Shown in pieces: positions 24,669 to 36,550 of a stretch of DNA of 64,000 nt; the first letter of the stretch is position 1, and each line of letters starts with the position of its first letter. This stretch comes from Mitosporidium daphniae (Eukaryota): positions 1-64,000 of the forward strand of contig NW_013546511.1 of assembly GCF_000760515.2 (NCBI RefSeq), read 5' to 3'. The notes under the pieces were generated by a model. The model saw only the letters and a list, made by a program, of their open reading frames with translations. It was not told the origin of the DNA and made no database searches. A program made the position numbers and the translations under genes.

Positions 24669-27118
24669 TTAAGGGATGTAGTGGTATTGCATTTCGCCAT
24701 CGAAAGTCTCCTCGCTTTTGATAAATTCCTTTTTCAACAGGACTTCGATTCTTGCGAGCAGATGTTCATTCTAAAGTTAGATGATATAATATATCTCACC
24801 TCAACAGGAAATTTAATTGAATCAAGGGCCGCTTTAAAAAGCAAGGACTGGGGAAGTGTTTTTTGATGCTTTAAAATTCGTACAATTGCTGCATCGATTT
24901 GGTACAAATTTTCAGGCGAAAAAGACTCCAAAGAATCCATTGGGGTGAACGGGTTTTGGTCAACAAATTCATCATATTTCGAATAAATTCCCGTAAGGAT
25001 GTTGACGAACTCCTGGCCTGCCTGATTAACATTGGGATTTACAGAAAAACAAGCATCTTCCATAAAAAATGTGTCTGATGATTGCAAGATAATTTCTTTT
25101 TGAATTAACGATTCAAGAACCAGAGTCAAGTCGTTCTTGGTCAGCCCAGATATCTTCTCAAGCCTAGAAAAAGACAGGCTTTCAGAAGAAAATGCCTCCA
25201 ATACGATAGCCTGATATGCTGAGCAAAGTAAGGAAAATGTTTTCCCATGTGGACATGTCACTTCAACAATACAGGTCGAATTTTTCAATGAAAATTTGAG
25301 ATGTCTTCCTTTATTTGCCTCTCTATAGCCATTTGAAAAAGCTCCTATCGCGCTTTCAAAAACGGGGTGTCTTAATATCCTTGCATTCATTTTTGAATCC
25401 CCTATTGCGGGCCAAAAATTTGGCGTTAATATGGAGAGCGACGTTGGGATGTCTGACATCTTTAACGGCGACGATGAAGCTGGCGACATGCGGTTCTTGA
25501 TGATCTTTTTGTATTTGAGAGAGCAAGAAATGTCCCTTAACATGCCCTCTAACTTGAAAGTAAATGAGAGCCCACATTCACCCTTAAGCTTGAAGATGGT
25601 ATACTTTTCCAATGGGATGTTCAGCGGAGAAACATTTGAGCAATCGGATTCTAAAAACATGAATCCAAGCAGCAAGCGCCTAGCAAGCTGGGCCTTGTAA
25701 AAGATTTCAAAATCCTGCTTGCCCTGAATGAGGCGAAAGATGTAGAGCGCTTTGTCGATTTGGTGGACTGCATTTTCATACTCTGTGCTAGCGAGGGGAA
25801 ATTCGGAGTGATTGGCTTCAATTATTGCAGACAAATATCGGACAAGAAGAAAAGATACCAACTTTTTAGAGGAATTGATCGAGGCTGACAAGGCGCCTTT
25901 TAAAGCATTCGAAATCTGGGGATCATTATCAAAACAGCTCTTGACAATGTCATCAACAAGGCTTATCGCCTTAATTAGATCTGGGATTATTTTCCAGGGC
26001 GAAGCTATCTGGATCTGTGAAAGAATATTCTGATAGCGAAGCTATGGGATTAACAGGCTGAAATACCTTGATTAATGATGATAAGCGAGAGCTCAGCGTA
26101 GCAATGTTTTTCGTTTCAAACAAAAATTTATAAAACAATGCCAAGGATCCAAAATCCCTGGCCTCCATTAGCGGCTGGAATCCATGCTCAAAAAAAGAAT
26201 TTAACCGCTGGGTCACGAAAATATTCAAACAGGAGCTCATTAATTGTTCTTGCATTTTCACATCAAGAAAGGAAGAAAGAATGCCAGTTTCTTTGGAAAG
26301 GAATGAATGGGTTAGCTCCAAATAGTTGCCCATATCATTGGATGCAAAATGCTTTTCAGAAAGTTCAGTATAGTAATTGCCGCTGGCCTCGCAAATCTTT
26401 GGAAATAAATGCACTTCACATAGATGAAGAGATGAAAAAAACGACATAACGAATGAAATTGAGCTCAAATGCGCCAGATCGGCGCCATTGGAGTCTCTAA
26501 AAATAAATGTAAGGCCAGCACCAACCTGTATTTTCGAAGAGCTCGCAAAAAAGATTCCAAAATTAGGTCAATAGAAGACTGCTCAGCTAAAAGGAGCGAC
26601 CTATAGGTATCGATGGCCAGGGTCCTATCATTAAAAGCTGGCATTACCACACTGAAGGAGATTGCAGGCCGGGATTGATTTTAGGAAGCATCACTTGACT
26701 GAAGTAGATAAAGACTTTGCAGATTGTTTTCTAAATTAAAGGGATATGATGCTACGATTTTCCTGCAATAAGATTCCCATGAATGTTTGAGAGAAGGAAT
26801 CACACACCCCTCAGCGCTTGAACATGGCATGTTTGGTTTCAACACATCAACCGCTTCGAGGGCAAGTGTTTGAAGCTCAGAATTTAGCAAAGAATATAGG
26901 TTTTCAGTGTCATTTCGGTGGCAAGAAAGACGAATGAGCTACAAATGAGAAAGTCAAAAAATGACCTTATAAATCTCCTCATATTTACAGGTGAAAGATC
27001 TTCCGGCGTCATCCAGCGTGCCTATAAATGATTTTATCTTTGGTGCTATAGATGATGCAAATGACAGCGCAGGCGAGTCCTCAAATATTGGAGAAAGATC
27101 CAAAATCGGATGAAACAT
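24669..27118 (-). CDS. CUL4: Cullin, CUL4-like, multi-exon
   Basis: FRLIQGKQDFEIFYK..LARRLL, KLKGECG..FT.KLEGM; neddylation motif IDAAIVRILK. Confidence 0.8.
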
Positions 27119-27169
27119 AAAATGAAAATGGAGAAAAAGCAACTTTTTGCAATTTAATGGCAACACCCG

Positions 27170-28953
27170 ATGGTTGCCAAATTTCACCGGGTTCGTTTTA
27201 CGGAGACCCGTTACAGTATTTTGCCACACTCCCCATGTAGATCCACGCAATCTGGCAGGTTCAAACGGCTACTTGAAAATGTGGCGTCATTGAGACAAAA
27301 GTATGGTGCCTCCATAGCCCTATCCGAGAAAGATGTCACAACTATTTCTAAGACATCGGCATTAGAACTCTTTTCAAAGAAGCATGGAAACCGCCACACA
27401 CTGGATCCAAATATGGTTTTTTCTCGCCAAAGCTCAGCTCTCTATTTTGTTAGGTTGTCTTCGGATTTATTAAAAGTATTTTCTTTTGACCATCCCCTAT
27501 CGCATTCTCAGGACTCGTTTCGTAAATATTTGGTTTCAAGGTAAGGATCGATATTTGTCATTCATAGCTATGAGTACTTTTTCCATGCCTATTAGTAAGC
27601 CAATATTCTGATCCGATAGCAATTACATAGATGAGAGACATTTTTACGAACTTATTCCGGAAGGTTCTCCATGTAAGCTTTATTTTGATATTGAATACTG
27701 CGTTGCATCAAATCCATCAGTCGATGGGGAACGCACGATTTTTGAGTTCAAAAAGGTACGCTTGGCCCCATTTTCACTCTCAAGTACGTTAAAAGCCGAC
27801 TCAAGGTGTGCTTTAATGTCACGGTCGATGTAATTGTTGATTTGTAAGATCAAATGCATATTAATATTCATAGAGAATCGACCACTTGTGAAAAGTTTTC
27901 AAGGCACCTGATTTTCAATCTCAATCATGGGACCCTTTGGAAGAACAATTTTGAAGTGGGATGCTTTGTGAAACATCTGATGTCCACCATCCCTCAAGAC
28001 TTGATTTCTTTTTTTGTTGTAAATGGCCCCTCTTTTGAACCACAAAGGGTCTGCATAGTAGACCAAGGTATTTTGCTACCTTCACTATATTTGCAGCTGT
28101 GTATTCCAAAAATCGGACGTTTAGGATATGGCTGTCATCGAAACTTGGAAAAAAGGCCATCTTCGCACCTGCCGATAGCGATACAAGGAAATTGCTTTTA
28201 AGCAAAGGCCCATACACCTTTTTTTTATACTCTCTAATATGTGCGCCAATTACTTCAGAAAGTTCTCGTGGTAGCGAGAAGACGGAAACCTACCTCTCTT
28301 TTTTTCCAGATACCGAAGCCCATAACACCAGTTCTTCATTTGGCGCCAAAATTCGCCCCTTCTCGGTTCAACCATCCCCGTCATCTTCGGCATCGGTAGC
28401 ATGCTCGAAAAGCCCATTTCCATTGCTAGATGCCTTTCTCCTTAAAAAGGCAACTAATGATATGGACATTGGCAAAGAAATTCTCATTAGGCGGTGTAAG
28501 TTGGACATACACGTTAGTGAAAACTACGATGTAGCAAGCATATTTCTCACATATGATTTGACGGGATATCGATTTTGTGACCTTGTAAATCGAACACATC
28601 GCTCAAACCATGTAAAATTACAAGTCCTTATTGAGGGCCCATGGGCGATATTTAAAGAATTTGCCGTGGCGTCGACATCTGATCGGTTGCTGTCATCATT
28701 GATGGCTGGAACAGTGCCGCCATCTTTTTCAGTATCCTGTGTGAGAAGATGTATGGATCCCCTGTGTCGAGAAATTATCTCTTCAGATGTAAACAGAATG
28801 GTGTTGAGTGCAGATCTTTTGTACACAACGCCAGAGCTATTTAAGCCCATCTGTTCCCAAATCATTCAAATCGAAAAGAGGGCATTTAACCCGGAAAAGG
28901 ATCCATTTCTAATAGATGGAGACGACATTTTGCTCATTGACACAAATATTTAA
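27170..28953 (+). CDS. PRIMPOL: DNA primase-polymerase PrimPol (AEP + UL52-like zinc finger)
   Basis: Spliced [21 protein letters not shown] (motif I), KFSRHLIF (motif II), [13 protein letters not shown] (motif III), RFC..NRTHRSN..CMDPLC. Confidence 0.92.
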
Positions 28954-29618
28954 TATCGTCCACGGCTAGACCCACGGAAGGAGCCGCTGCCGCCTCGAGA
29001 GCCCCCTCTACTTCCTCCTTGGCTACCGCGAGAACTAAAGCCGCGAGAGCCTCCACGAGATCCCCCACGGAACCCACCGCTTCCACCGCGAAACCCGCTA
29101 CCTCCGCCACGACCACGTGCCGCGCCTCCGCGAGCGCTTCCCCCTGCTCCTGGTGCCTTTCTTTTGGAACCAATAGATGGGGTGGCGGATTTGGGTTTTG
29201 GCAAAAAGCGCTCTAGCGGCAACAGCTTATCTGTTCCAATAAATATTTTCTGCGTGGGTTTAAAAGAGGTGGCCAAAATGCCCTCCGAAGGTTTGATGGT
29301 GAAACACTAAGGGTTGAGGAGCAACAAAAAATTACATAGCCGTTAATGGGACCCAGAATCTCATCTACTTTTCCAATCATGCTCTTGTTTTCCAGAAAAA
29401 CGGGCGCATTGAAATACGGCACTTTATCGATAGTTGCCTTGCAGACCATTTCTCCTTCGCAGGGATGCATGTATTCGCCCACAGCTAAAGAAAAGATGTG
29501 GACATACCATACCTAGTATTTCAGCAGGCGGTCCAAAGTCATCGGAACGGTAAGATCCCTGTCTGTTTGCACCTCCGCCAGAGTATGAAGAACGGCCTCG
29601 AGGACGATCAAAAGCCAT
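28950..29618 (-). CDS. GAR1: H/ACA snoRNP protein Gar1
   Basis: [54 protein letters not shown] tail. Confidence 0.95.
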
Positions 29619-29657
29619 TTAGCGAAAAGTAAAAAAAACTTTAAATTAAAATCTCCA

Positions 29658-29882
29658 ATGTCTTCTACTGACCCCATAGATCCAAAGGAGCGATTGGAAA
29701 ATGAATGCGCCCGCACGATCAAGTGTAAGCCCTTCTTTAGAGAATTGGTCAAATGCACCCAAAGGGTGAATAAAGCCAATTCTGAATCTGAATCAACGGA
29801 AACTTGCCTTGAAGAGCTTGTTGATTTGACAGAATGTGTTGACAAGTGTGTAGCGCCCCGCCTTTTCAAGCTTTTGAAATAA
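29658..29882 (+). CDS. QCR6: Cytochrome bc1 complex hinge subunit
   Basis: DPKERLENEC..C..CTQRV..ETCLEEL..CVDKCVAPRLFKLLK. Confidence 0.92.
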   Translation: MSSTDPIDPKERLENECARTIKCKPFFRELVKCTQRVNKANSESESTETCLEELVDLTECVDKCVAPRLFKLLK

Positions 29883-30195
29883 AACCGCATAGACTGGTAT
29901 CAATAAAGCCTATTCAAAGGACCTAAAAAGAAGCACATCCTCCATATTTCTGCAGAAATACGAAACGATGCCTAGCAAGTTAATAAGATTGCTTATGCGC
30001 TTCTAAGAAACCACCACTGATATAGCGAATCAGAGGCCGCATCTAGACTGCAGCCGATGGCAAAGATACTTATGCGGTATGATATCGATTTTTATTAATA
30101 AAGCTGATTTTCTTATCAGCTTTCAAATATACATGACGATGGCCAGCATTTGCACAAACGGTAGCAAGGAAATAACCCCTAGAAATGGCAATCAG

Positions 30196-32802
30196 CTACT
30201 TTTGAGAAGATTGAGTCAATATGAAATAAGAGAGACGATCCCTCACATCGGTGAGGGCATCTCTGCGTGCTTGCATCTGGAGCTGGATGGCAAGCTCCGG
30301 GTTTTCCTGTGCAAAGCGAAGAGCAGCAGCAGAAAAGGATTGGCTTCCAGGCACAAGTTGTGAAGAAGACATTGACGAGGCGCGGCCACAAATTCGCTTT
30401 TCTGGCAAATCAGATGGCTCGGATGGGAAAATAACAGACGCTGTCAACTGCTCCCCAAAAGCCCCGAGCACTGAGTTCACAATTTCATGATGCAGATAAA
30501 GGGCTGCCGTGTCTGCAAGGCGGGCTGCAAGAAGGTTTAAATAAACATCTGGACACTGTGTCATACGTTGAAGATTTCCGGTCAATGGTGAACTTTCTTC
30601 AGAAACCGCAGTGGATCCCCCCCAAAAAGGCCACAGCCAGGTACCACCATTTGAAGATGATGTTATTGCGCCACCACAAGAAGAAGACTTTTCAAGAAAC
30701 GAAATGCGTCGATCCAAAATATCCTTTTCAGAAAACAGAAGAGCTGCCTCAGTTGCACATTCGGCTACAAACGAAGAAAGAGGAAAAGAGGTGGACTCTC
30801 TGGTGTGGCGACCAGAAGCGTTTGATGGCAAAGTAGCTGATGAATGCCCTTGGCCATGGATGTTTATCTCATTTTTGGCACCAGGAAGAGCAGAAATAGC
30901 TGCTCGAAGCCTTCGGAGCCCTCCAACTTCACTGGCCAGCGTGTTCAAACGAGACTCAATACCATCCAGACGCCGATGAAGATTTTGAAGAAGATCTGTT
31001 CTAGATTTTTTCCATTCCTGAGAAGAAAAGTCTGTCCCTCGACGAAAAGGCTTTACAGCCGCCTCTACAGAGAGCGTCAAGGGGCCAAGCTTTGATGCAA
31101 GCAGAGATTCACAGGCAGAAGATGCGGCCAAAGAAAGACTTGGATGGAGCTTGAAAAGCGGGTCTTTTTTTGAGAGCTCCTCGACGTGATTTGTCAACAC
31201 AGCCTTGATATGGTTCATTGAAGCTTTTCCGATGTGGGAGCGTGTTAGCGTCGATATTTCTGAAGCCAAATGAGAACCGGAGGAGATCCTTTCCTTGACG
31301 GAACCATCAAGCGTCGAAGATGCCTGGCCAGCTCTCACGGCTTCCAAAAGGGCGCTCTCAAGGGTGGCACGCGAAAATGACGTTGATGCCAAGGATTCCA
31401 CCTTTGCAGCCGTGGAAGATATAATTTTCGCCAGATACGCGTCTGGAGACACTCGACGGTCATCATCAAACTGGACGCGCATCGCCAATTCGACTTCGGA
31501 AAGTTCGTCAGAAACACCCACATACAGGTCTTGAATTCGAGAAAGCATGGCCTTTTCAAGCGCTCCAACAAGCCTAGCTTTGAGGAGAGAAATTCCACCA
31601 CTAGGAATCTTTGACTCGCCAGAATTGGCAGCCCAAAGCCCAACATACCCCATGGGGAGGGGATAATCAATGGTGTCGTGTGAAAGCATCTCCATTGCTT
31701 GTCCAGGGTCTTTGGAGATTAAATCAAGCTTGCTAAGAACCCCAATTGTCCTAAGTCCTTGGGGGTCGGCTTCCCTGGCTGCCTTAAGGGCTTCACTATT
31801 GGCAAGATCCACGTCAGCTGAAGAAACAGCAAGAAGAACATTTGGCGCCTGAGTGTAGCGATCAGCAAGCTTCTGTATGCGCTCGCGAAGCTGCGGCGCC
31901 TGGTGACGGGATGAGACCTGAATAAATCCTGGGAGATCAACGAGTGAAAGATCCGGCAAATTTGAGGCATGCAGTGACAGGTAAATTGGCGTTTCATCAA
32001 CTCCAACGGTGTCGTCCACCGCTGCATTCAAGGCTCTAAGCATAGCTTCAACATGTTCCATCGCATACAGGGGCCCAATGGACGACGAGGTGTGGTTGGA
32101 TGAAGAATTTCCCTCAAACATGGCAAAGGGGCGCAAACATGTTGGATCGTGGACGAGCCTCAAGTGAAGAGGACGCCTGGTTACCATGGCCGCACCGCCT
32201 TTAGGAAGAAAAGAGTGACCAATTAAGGCCTCTAGGACACTACTCTTTCCAGCACTTTGGCCACCAAGAACTACAACGCTAGGAAGAGATAGGCGATCCT
32301 CCAAACCATGAGCGCGCAGAATCAACTGAACCTCAAGCAGTTGCCTAATAAGGGGCGAAAATTCTGCAGGATCAGAAGAAGTGATAAGGTCCACGGAACC
32401 ACCGGTTTTTGATGTTTCCCCGGGGTGTGTATATTTGGGTGATGCTTTGGTAGCAGGGACCCATGTTCCTGAAGGTAGCCAGTCAAGAATGCGAGTTCCT
32501 AAGGAAGAAAGGCCATCAACAGTGTCGACTGCATAGATAATAATGTTGAAAAATGAATCTTTTGACCACTCAAGAAATTGGTTGACTTTTAATGAAACAA
32601 ACGCTACGAGAATTCCAGAGGTCCCAAGGAAAATTTTACCGAACGACAAAATGCGTGGTGCTGTATACGCAAATTTGCTGAAGGAAGAGTAGGGAGATGC
32701 CAAGAATGGTCTTGAATAAAGGAAAGCGTTCCTATTTTGAGTTTGAAGTCTGTGTCTTGCTAATGGAAGCAAAGAGCCAAAGCACCTGGCACGATGAAAC
32801 AT
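30196..32802 (-). CDS. MGM1: Mitochondrial inner-membrane dynamin-like GTPase Mgm1/OPA1
   Basis: Arg-rich presequence and TM segment; GGQSAGKSSVLE, VTRRP, DLPG, DLANSEAL, SKLD, CPDVYL; first ATG at 32802. Confidence 0.92.
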   Translation of the reverse strand: MFHRARCFGSLLPLARHRLQTQNRNAFLYSRPFLASPYSSFSKFAYTAPRILSFGKIFLGTSGILVAFVSLKVNQFLEWSKDSFFNIIIYAVDTVDGLSSLGTRILDWLPSGTWVPATKASPKYTHPGETSKTGGSVDLITSSDPAEFSPLIRQLLEVQLILRAHGLEDRLSLPSVVVLGGQSAGKSSVLEALIGHSFLPKGGAAMVTRRPLHLRLVHDPTCLRPFAMFEGNSSSNHTSSSIGPLYAMEHVEAMLRALNAAVDDTVGVDETPIYLSLHASNLPDLSLVDLPGFIQVSSRHQAPQLRERIQKLADRYTQAPNVLLAVSSADVDLANSEALKAAREADPQGLRTIGVLSKLDLISKDPGQAMEMLSHDTIDYPLPMGYVGLWAANSGESKIPSGGISLLKARLVGALEKAMLSRIQDLYVGVSDELSEVELAMRVQFDDDRRVSPDAYLAKIISSTAAKVESLASTSFSRATLESALLEAVRAGQASSTLDGSVKERISSGSHLASEISTLTRSHIGKASMNHIKAVLTNHVEELSKKDPLFKLHPSLSLAASSACESLLASKLGPLTLSVEAAVKPFRRGTDFSSQEWKKSRTDLLQNLHRRLDGIESRLNTLASEVGGLRRLRAAISALPGAKNEINIHGQGHSSATLPSNASGRHTRESTSFPLSSFVAECATEAALLFSEKDILDRRISFLEKSSSCGGAITSSSNGGTWLWPFWGGSTAVSEESSPLTGNLQRMTQCPDVYLNLLAARLADTAALYLHHEIVNSVLGAFGEQLTASVIFPSEPSDLPEKRICGRASSMSSSQLVPGSQSFSAAALRFAQENPELAIQLQMQARRDALTDVRDRLSYFILTQSSQK

Positions 32803-32851
32803 TGTTACTGCTTTCCAAAAATGCACTATAAAATCTCCAATTTTAAAAAAT

Positions 32852-32925
32852 TGCTCCCAGCTGGGGTCGAACCAGCGGCCTTGGCGTTATTAGCACCACG
32901 CTCTAACCAACTGAGCTATGGGAGC
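32852..32925 (-). tRNA. tRNA-Ile (anticodon AAU)
   Basis: GCTCCCA acceptor stem, TAGCTCAGTTGGTTAGAGC D arm, CT-AAT-AA anticodon loop, GGTTCGACCCC T arm, followed by a T6 Pol III terminator. Confidence 0.97.
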
Positions 32926-33393
32926 ACGGTTTGGGTTAAATTTTATTATTTAAATTATCTTTTAAACAGACTGGCAATATTCTTCTCATTGAAATATCAC
33001 TGCAAAGGCAATCTCTGATTTGTATTTTATCTTTGAATGTGAAAACCGGATCACAATTTGGTCTGCCTGATGGTAATAAATGGAATCAGAATTGATTTTT
33101 GCATTGCAGTTCTTTGTATCAACACTAATATAGTTGAACAGTTTATGCCTAACACAATCAGTGCAATATCGATGATCTATCAATGTAATCAGCCTGTATA
33201 CCTCTGAAAATCAGCTGTTAACCTGTGATAATCTATCGTATTCAAAATGTGCTACTAATACTTACTTTATGGCGTGTTCGATCGATGTTCAATCCTTTTG
33301 GGTTTGTTTATTTGTTTACTTGAAAAGGCGACAAATGGACCGATATTTTTAAGATTGGCAGTAAATAAAGCTGCCTTTTCCCAAATTTTTACG

Positions 33394-34554
33394 ATGACTT
33401 TTGCTGATTCCCTAGTAATTGGGGGTGGTCCGGCTGGCATTCTAACCATCGCATCATGCCTTGAATACTTTCCGTCGGACCATCGGATTCTGTGGGTCGA
33501 TCCGGCATTTAAATGTGGCTATTTATCGATGCTTGACAATGTCCCAAGGTACAGATTTCCCATTTCCTGCCCTTAATTTAGCAACACTCGATCCAAATAC
33601 ATTAAACAAAGCGTAAATCATTTTGCATCTATCAAGCCTCTCGTTTTCAAGAAAGGATCGAAACTAACGCAACTGATGGATGGCCTGCATGAAGATGAAT
33701 TTTACCATTTAAGTCGATATAAAGAGATTTTTCTGGAATTACAAAATGAGCTCTTGGTAGCGTTTCCATCGCGAATCGTTATGAAACAAAGCCTGATTTC
33801 AAAATTGGAATACAATAGTGGCGAAGATCTTTGGACGGCTAAAATCGGTGATGGAGATGACGTTTTCTGCAAAAATGTTTTTATTGCAAGTGGCTCTCAC
33901 CCCAAAGTTGACATTGCAGGGTTTATTCCTCCGTGCGCATCTATTCCTCTTGAAGTTCCCCTTAACGAGGGTCCTGAGCTAAATGAGTTTATTACATCAT
34001 CAGACATTGTAGCCGTTGTGGGCTCGAGCCACTCGGCTGCCCTGTCGCTTCGAAACCTTTATTCGCTTCCCATCAAACCTTTGCAGATTATTCATATCAG
34101 AAATCGCCCGTTTTTGATGGCAATAGAATCCCCAGACAAAGATGTCATTGTCAACGACAATCTTGGCCTGAAAGGCAAGGTTGCAGAGTGGATCTCTGAA
34201 TTTTATGTCCGTTCGTCTTTGTATCCTCCGATGAAGATTCTCGAGTATGATGAATGCACGTTTGATGCCGCGTTTTTCAAAAAGAACGGCATTACAAAAT
34301 GCATCCTTGCCATTGGCTATGAAAGAAATTCGCTTCCAAACATCTACATTGACGGCACGGAATTAAATCCAGTTTCAATATTCTCAGAATGTCACACGGC
34401 AAATCTCAACGCTGGGTGTGCAAAGATTCCGCGCGTTTACGGGGCTGGAATAGCGTTCCCCCAAAAAATTTATACAAAGGAAGGGTCAACAGAGCTTAAC
34501 ATAGGCATCTGGAAATTTGCAAAACAGCTGAAGGAAACCTTCAAGAATATGTGA
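33394..34554 (+). CDS. FAD/NAD(P)-dependent pyridine nucleotide-disulfide oxidoreductase-like protein
   Basis: VIGGGPAG, WVDPAF, spliced VPSNT, VAVVGSSHSA, GLKG, AIGY, YGAGIAFP. Confidence 0.8.
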
Positions 34555-34687
34555 TGTGTTTAATGGAAGACTAAAGCGGTTGCCGTACGCATTGCTGGAT
34601 ATGAAGCACATGGAAATAAGACCAATATATATACACTGCAGGATAAAATCGTTCACTCCCTGTCCCTCCTTCTCGTCCCGTTTCCGA

Positions 34688-36436
34688 CTACATTAATTTA
34701 GGGTTATTGCGATAGATGGTTCCGTGAGATGGCCATGAAAAATACAGGAACGAAAGAGTAGTGATGCCGTTTTTAAGGCAGCCAACGACGCAAAAATTAT
34801 GGTTAAAGGCAAGGCGCCAAATGGAATCCACATCATTTATGAGATCCCTGATGTGGCGCCCAGATGCGGTCTCCCACATGCGAAGAACTCGATCAGAGCC
34901 AGCAACAATGATGGTCGAATTTGCCTGTAAAAAGGCCACCGCAGCAGCGTTGTCGGTTCGTAACCTATGGATACACTCACCAGGCATTTTGATGGCCCAA
35001 ATCCGCACCGAACCATCCGTAGAAGAAGAGACAAGACGCTCAGAATCGAGAAAGGAAAGCGACCCGATGATGCCTCGCATTCCTATACAATAATAAATTG
35101 CACTCAAATGAATACCCTCCAAAATGGACAGACATTGACCGGTCTTGATATCCCAGAGCAAGATGTTCGAATCCATGGCGCCCGTTGCAACCATGTTGTC
35201 AAGGATTGCAACAGAGTAAATTTTGGCCATATGCCCTATAAGAACATGGAGGCAATGGCCGGTGCTGATTTCCCATATCCTTGCCGTTGAATCATAAGAC
35301 CCAGAGACGAGAATGTTTCCATCGACGGCAATACACCGGACCGCCGCCGTATGTCCCTCCAATAAAAATCGAGTGGACATGCTCTCCAAATCCCAAACCC
35401 GCAGGGTTGCATCTCTGGAACCCGAAATTGCCAATATAGAATGAGCCCCTGTGAGAGGAGAAGCAACCAACGAGGCGCATCTGACGGTAGAGGAATGTCC
35501 TCGAAGAATACCGACACATAACCCTGTCTGGATGTTCCATAGACGAAGTGTACGATCAGTTGAGCCAGATAGGAGCAGATTCCCAATGGAGTGGATGCAC
35601 CAGACCCCGCCAGTATGGCCAAGCAGTGCAAAAATCACCTTTGGCGGCGAAATCTGCCAAAGAAGCACCGAGCCATCGTCAGAGGCACTAGCAAAGGACG
35701 AATCGGAATCCAAAATTTGAAGGCACGTTATAACGGCACGGTTGTGGCATGGAACGTCTATCCGTAAAGGAGGGGCATGGAACCAGGCAAAGCGCATCGA
35801 CCTTTCGGCCAAAAGATGATCAAAGAATTTTTCAAAACTCCTGCCCTCACCAGGCGAGGAGCAAAAATGGCTGGAAGAGGAGCCGCCTATGGAGTCTTCG
35901 TCCAAGTGTTTCCTCCAAAGCTGCTCCATTGGATCGACGAGCTCCCTCCACCGCCGACTAACACATCTTGCAAGTAGCATAGAGTCGGCGTCAAGATGTG
36001 TTGCAATTCGTGCGCACATCTCGTAAGGAAGCACAGAAAAGGGATCGACTTTTAGATGTGTCCTTAGTCTGACCACCAGACTGGAAAGCTGTGATTTGGA
36101 AATGTTGAGAGGAACTTGGTTGAAAAGAAAGTTGATCCTTTCTGCTGAAGAAGCGCTACAGAAGCTTTGATATAGGTTTGTATTTACAAGGATTAAAGAA
36201 TCATCTGAACAGATGATTGAGGAAAGGGTATCATTTCCCTCCTGTTTGCCGCCATCATTTTCCTCTTGATCGAGCAGTGGCGCCGGGGAAAGCATTTTTC
36301 TTTCCTCAAACAGAGGGGCAAATATCACCGCACCTGCAGGAGGCGGCGTATTGGAGATAAATTGGGAAAGCGTTGTTAATTTATCAAATTGACATCGTGG
36401 CAGCGGCTCCCGGGCCGAGTTTCTGGACTTTTTCAT
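34688..36436 (-). CDS. CDC4: F-box/WD40 SCF substrate receptor Cdc4/Fbw7
   Basis: F-box DPFSVLPYE..VSRRWR; WD repeats VITCLQ, GHTGGVW, GHSSTVRC, SGSRDATLRVWD, GH..AVRC. Confidence 0.88.
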   Translation of the reverse strand: MKKSRNSAREPLPRCQFDKLTTLSQFISNTPPPAGAVIFAPLFEERKMLSPAPLLDQEENDGGKQEGNDTLSSIICSDDSLILVNTNLYQSFCSASSAERINFLFNQVPLNISKSQLSSLVVRLRTHLKVDPFSVLPYEMCARIATHLDADSMLLARCVSRRWRELVDPMEQLWRKHLDEDSIGGSSSSHFCSSPGEGRSFEKFFDHLLAERSMRFAWFHAPPLRIDVPCHNRAVITCLQILDSDSSFASASDDGSVLLWQISPPKVIFALLGHTGGVWCIHSIGNLLLSGSTDRTLRLWNIQTGLCVGILRGHSSTVRCASLVASPLTGAHSILAISGSRDATLRVWDLESMSTRFLLEGHTAAVRCIAVDGNILVSGSYDSTARIWEISTGHCLHVLIGHMAKIYSVAILDNMVATGAMDSNILLWDIKTGQCLSILEGIHLSAIYYCIGMRGIIGSLSFLDSERLVSSSTDGSVRIWAIKMPGECIHRLRTDNAAAVAFLQANSTIIVAGSDRVLRMWETASGRHIRDLINDVDSIWRLAFNHNFCVVGCLKNGITTLSFLYFSWPSHGTIYRNNPKLM

Positions 36437-36550
36437 GTATTTAAAAATAATATCAACAACAAACCCAAATTATAAAATGGCTCAAGTTTCGGTGTCCAAA
36501 CGCCAGCCCCCTTTATTCACATTTTAAATTCCAAAAGGATCAAAAACAAT

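Noticed and set aside
28960..29150. GC-rich repeated units resembling a repeat array or CRISPR
   Set aside because: They encode the RGG tail of Gar1
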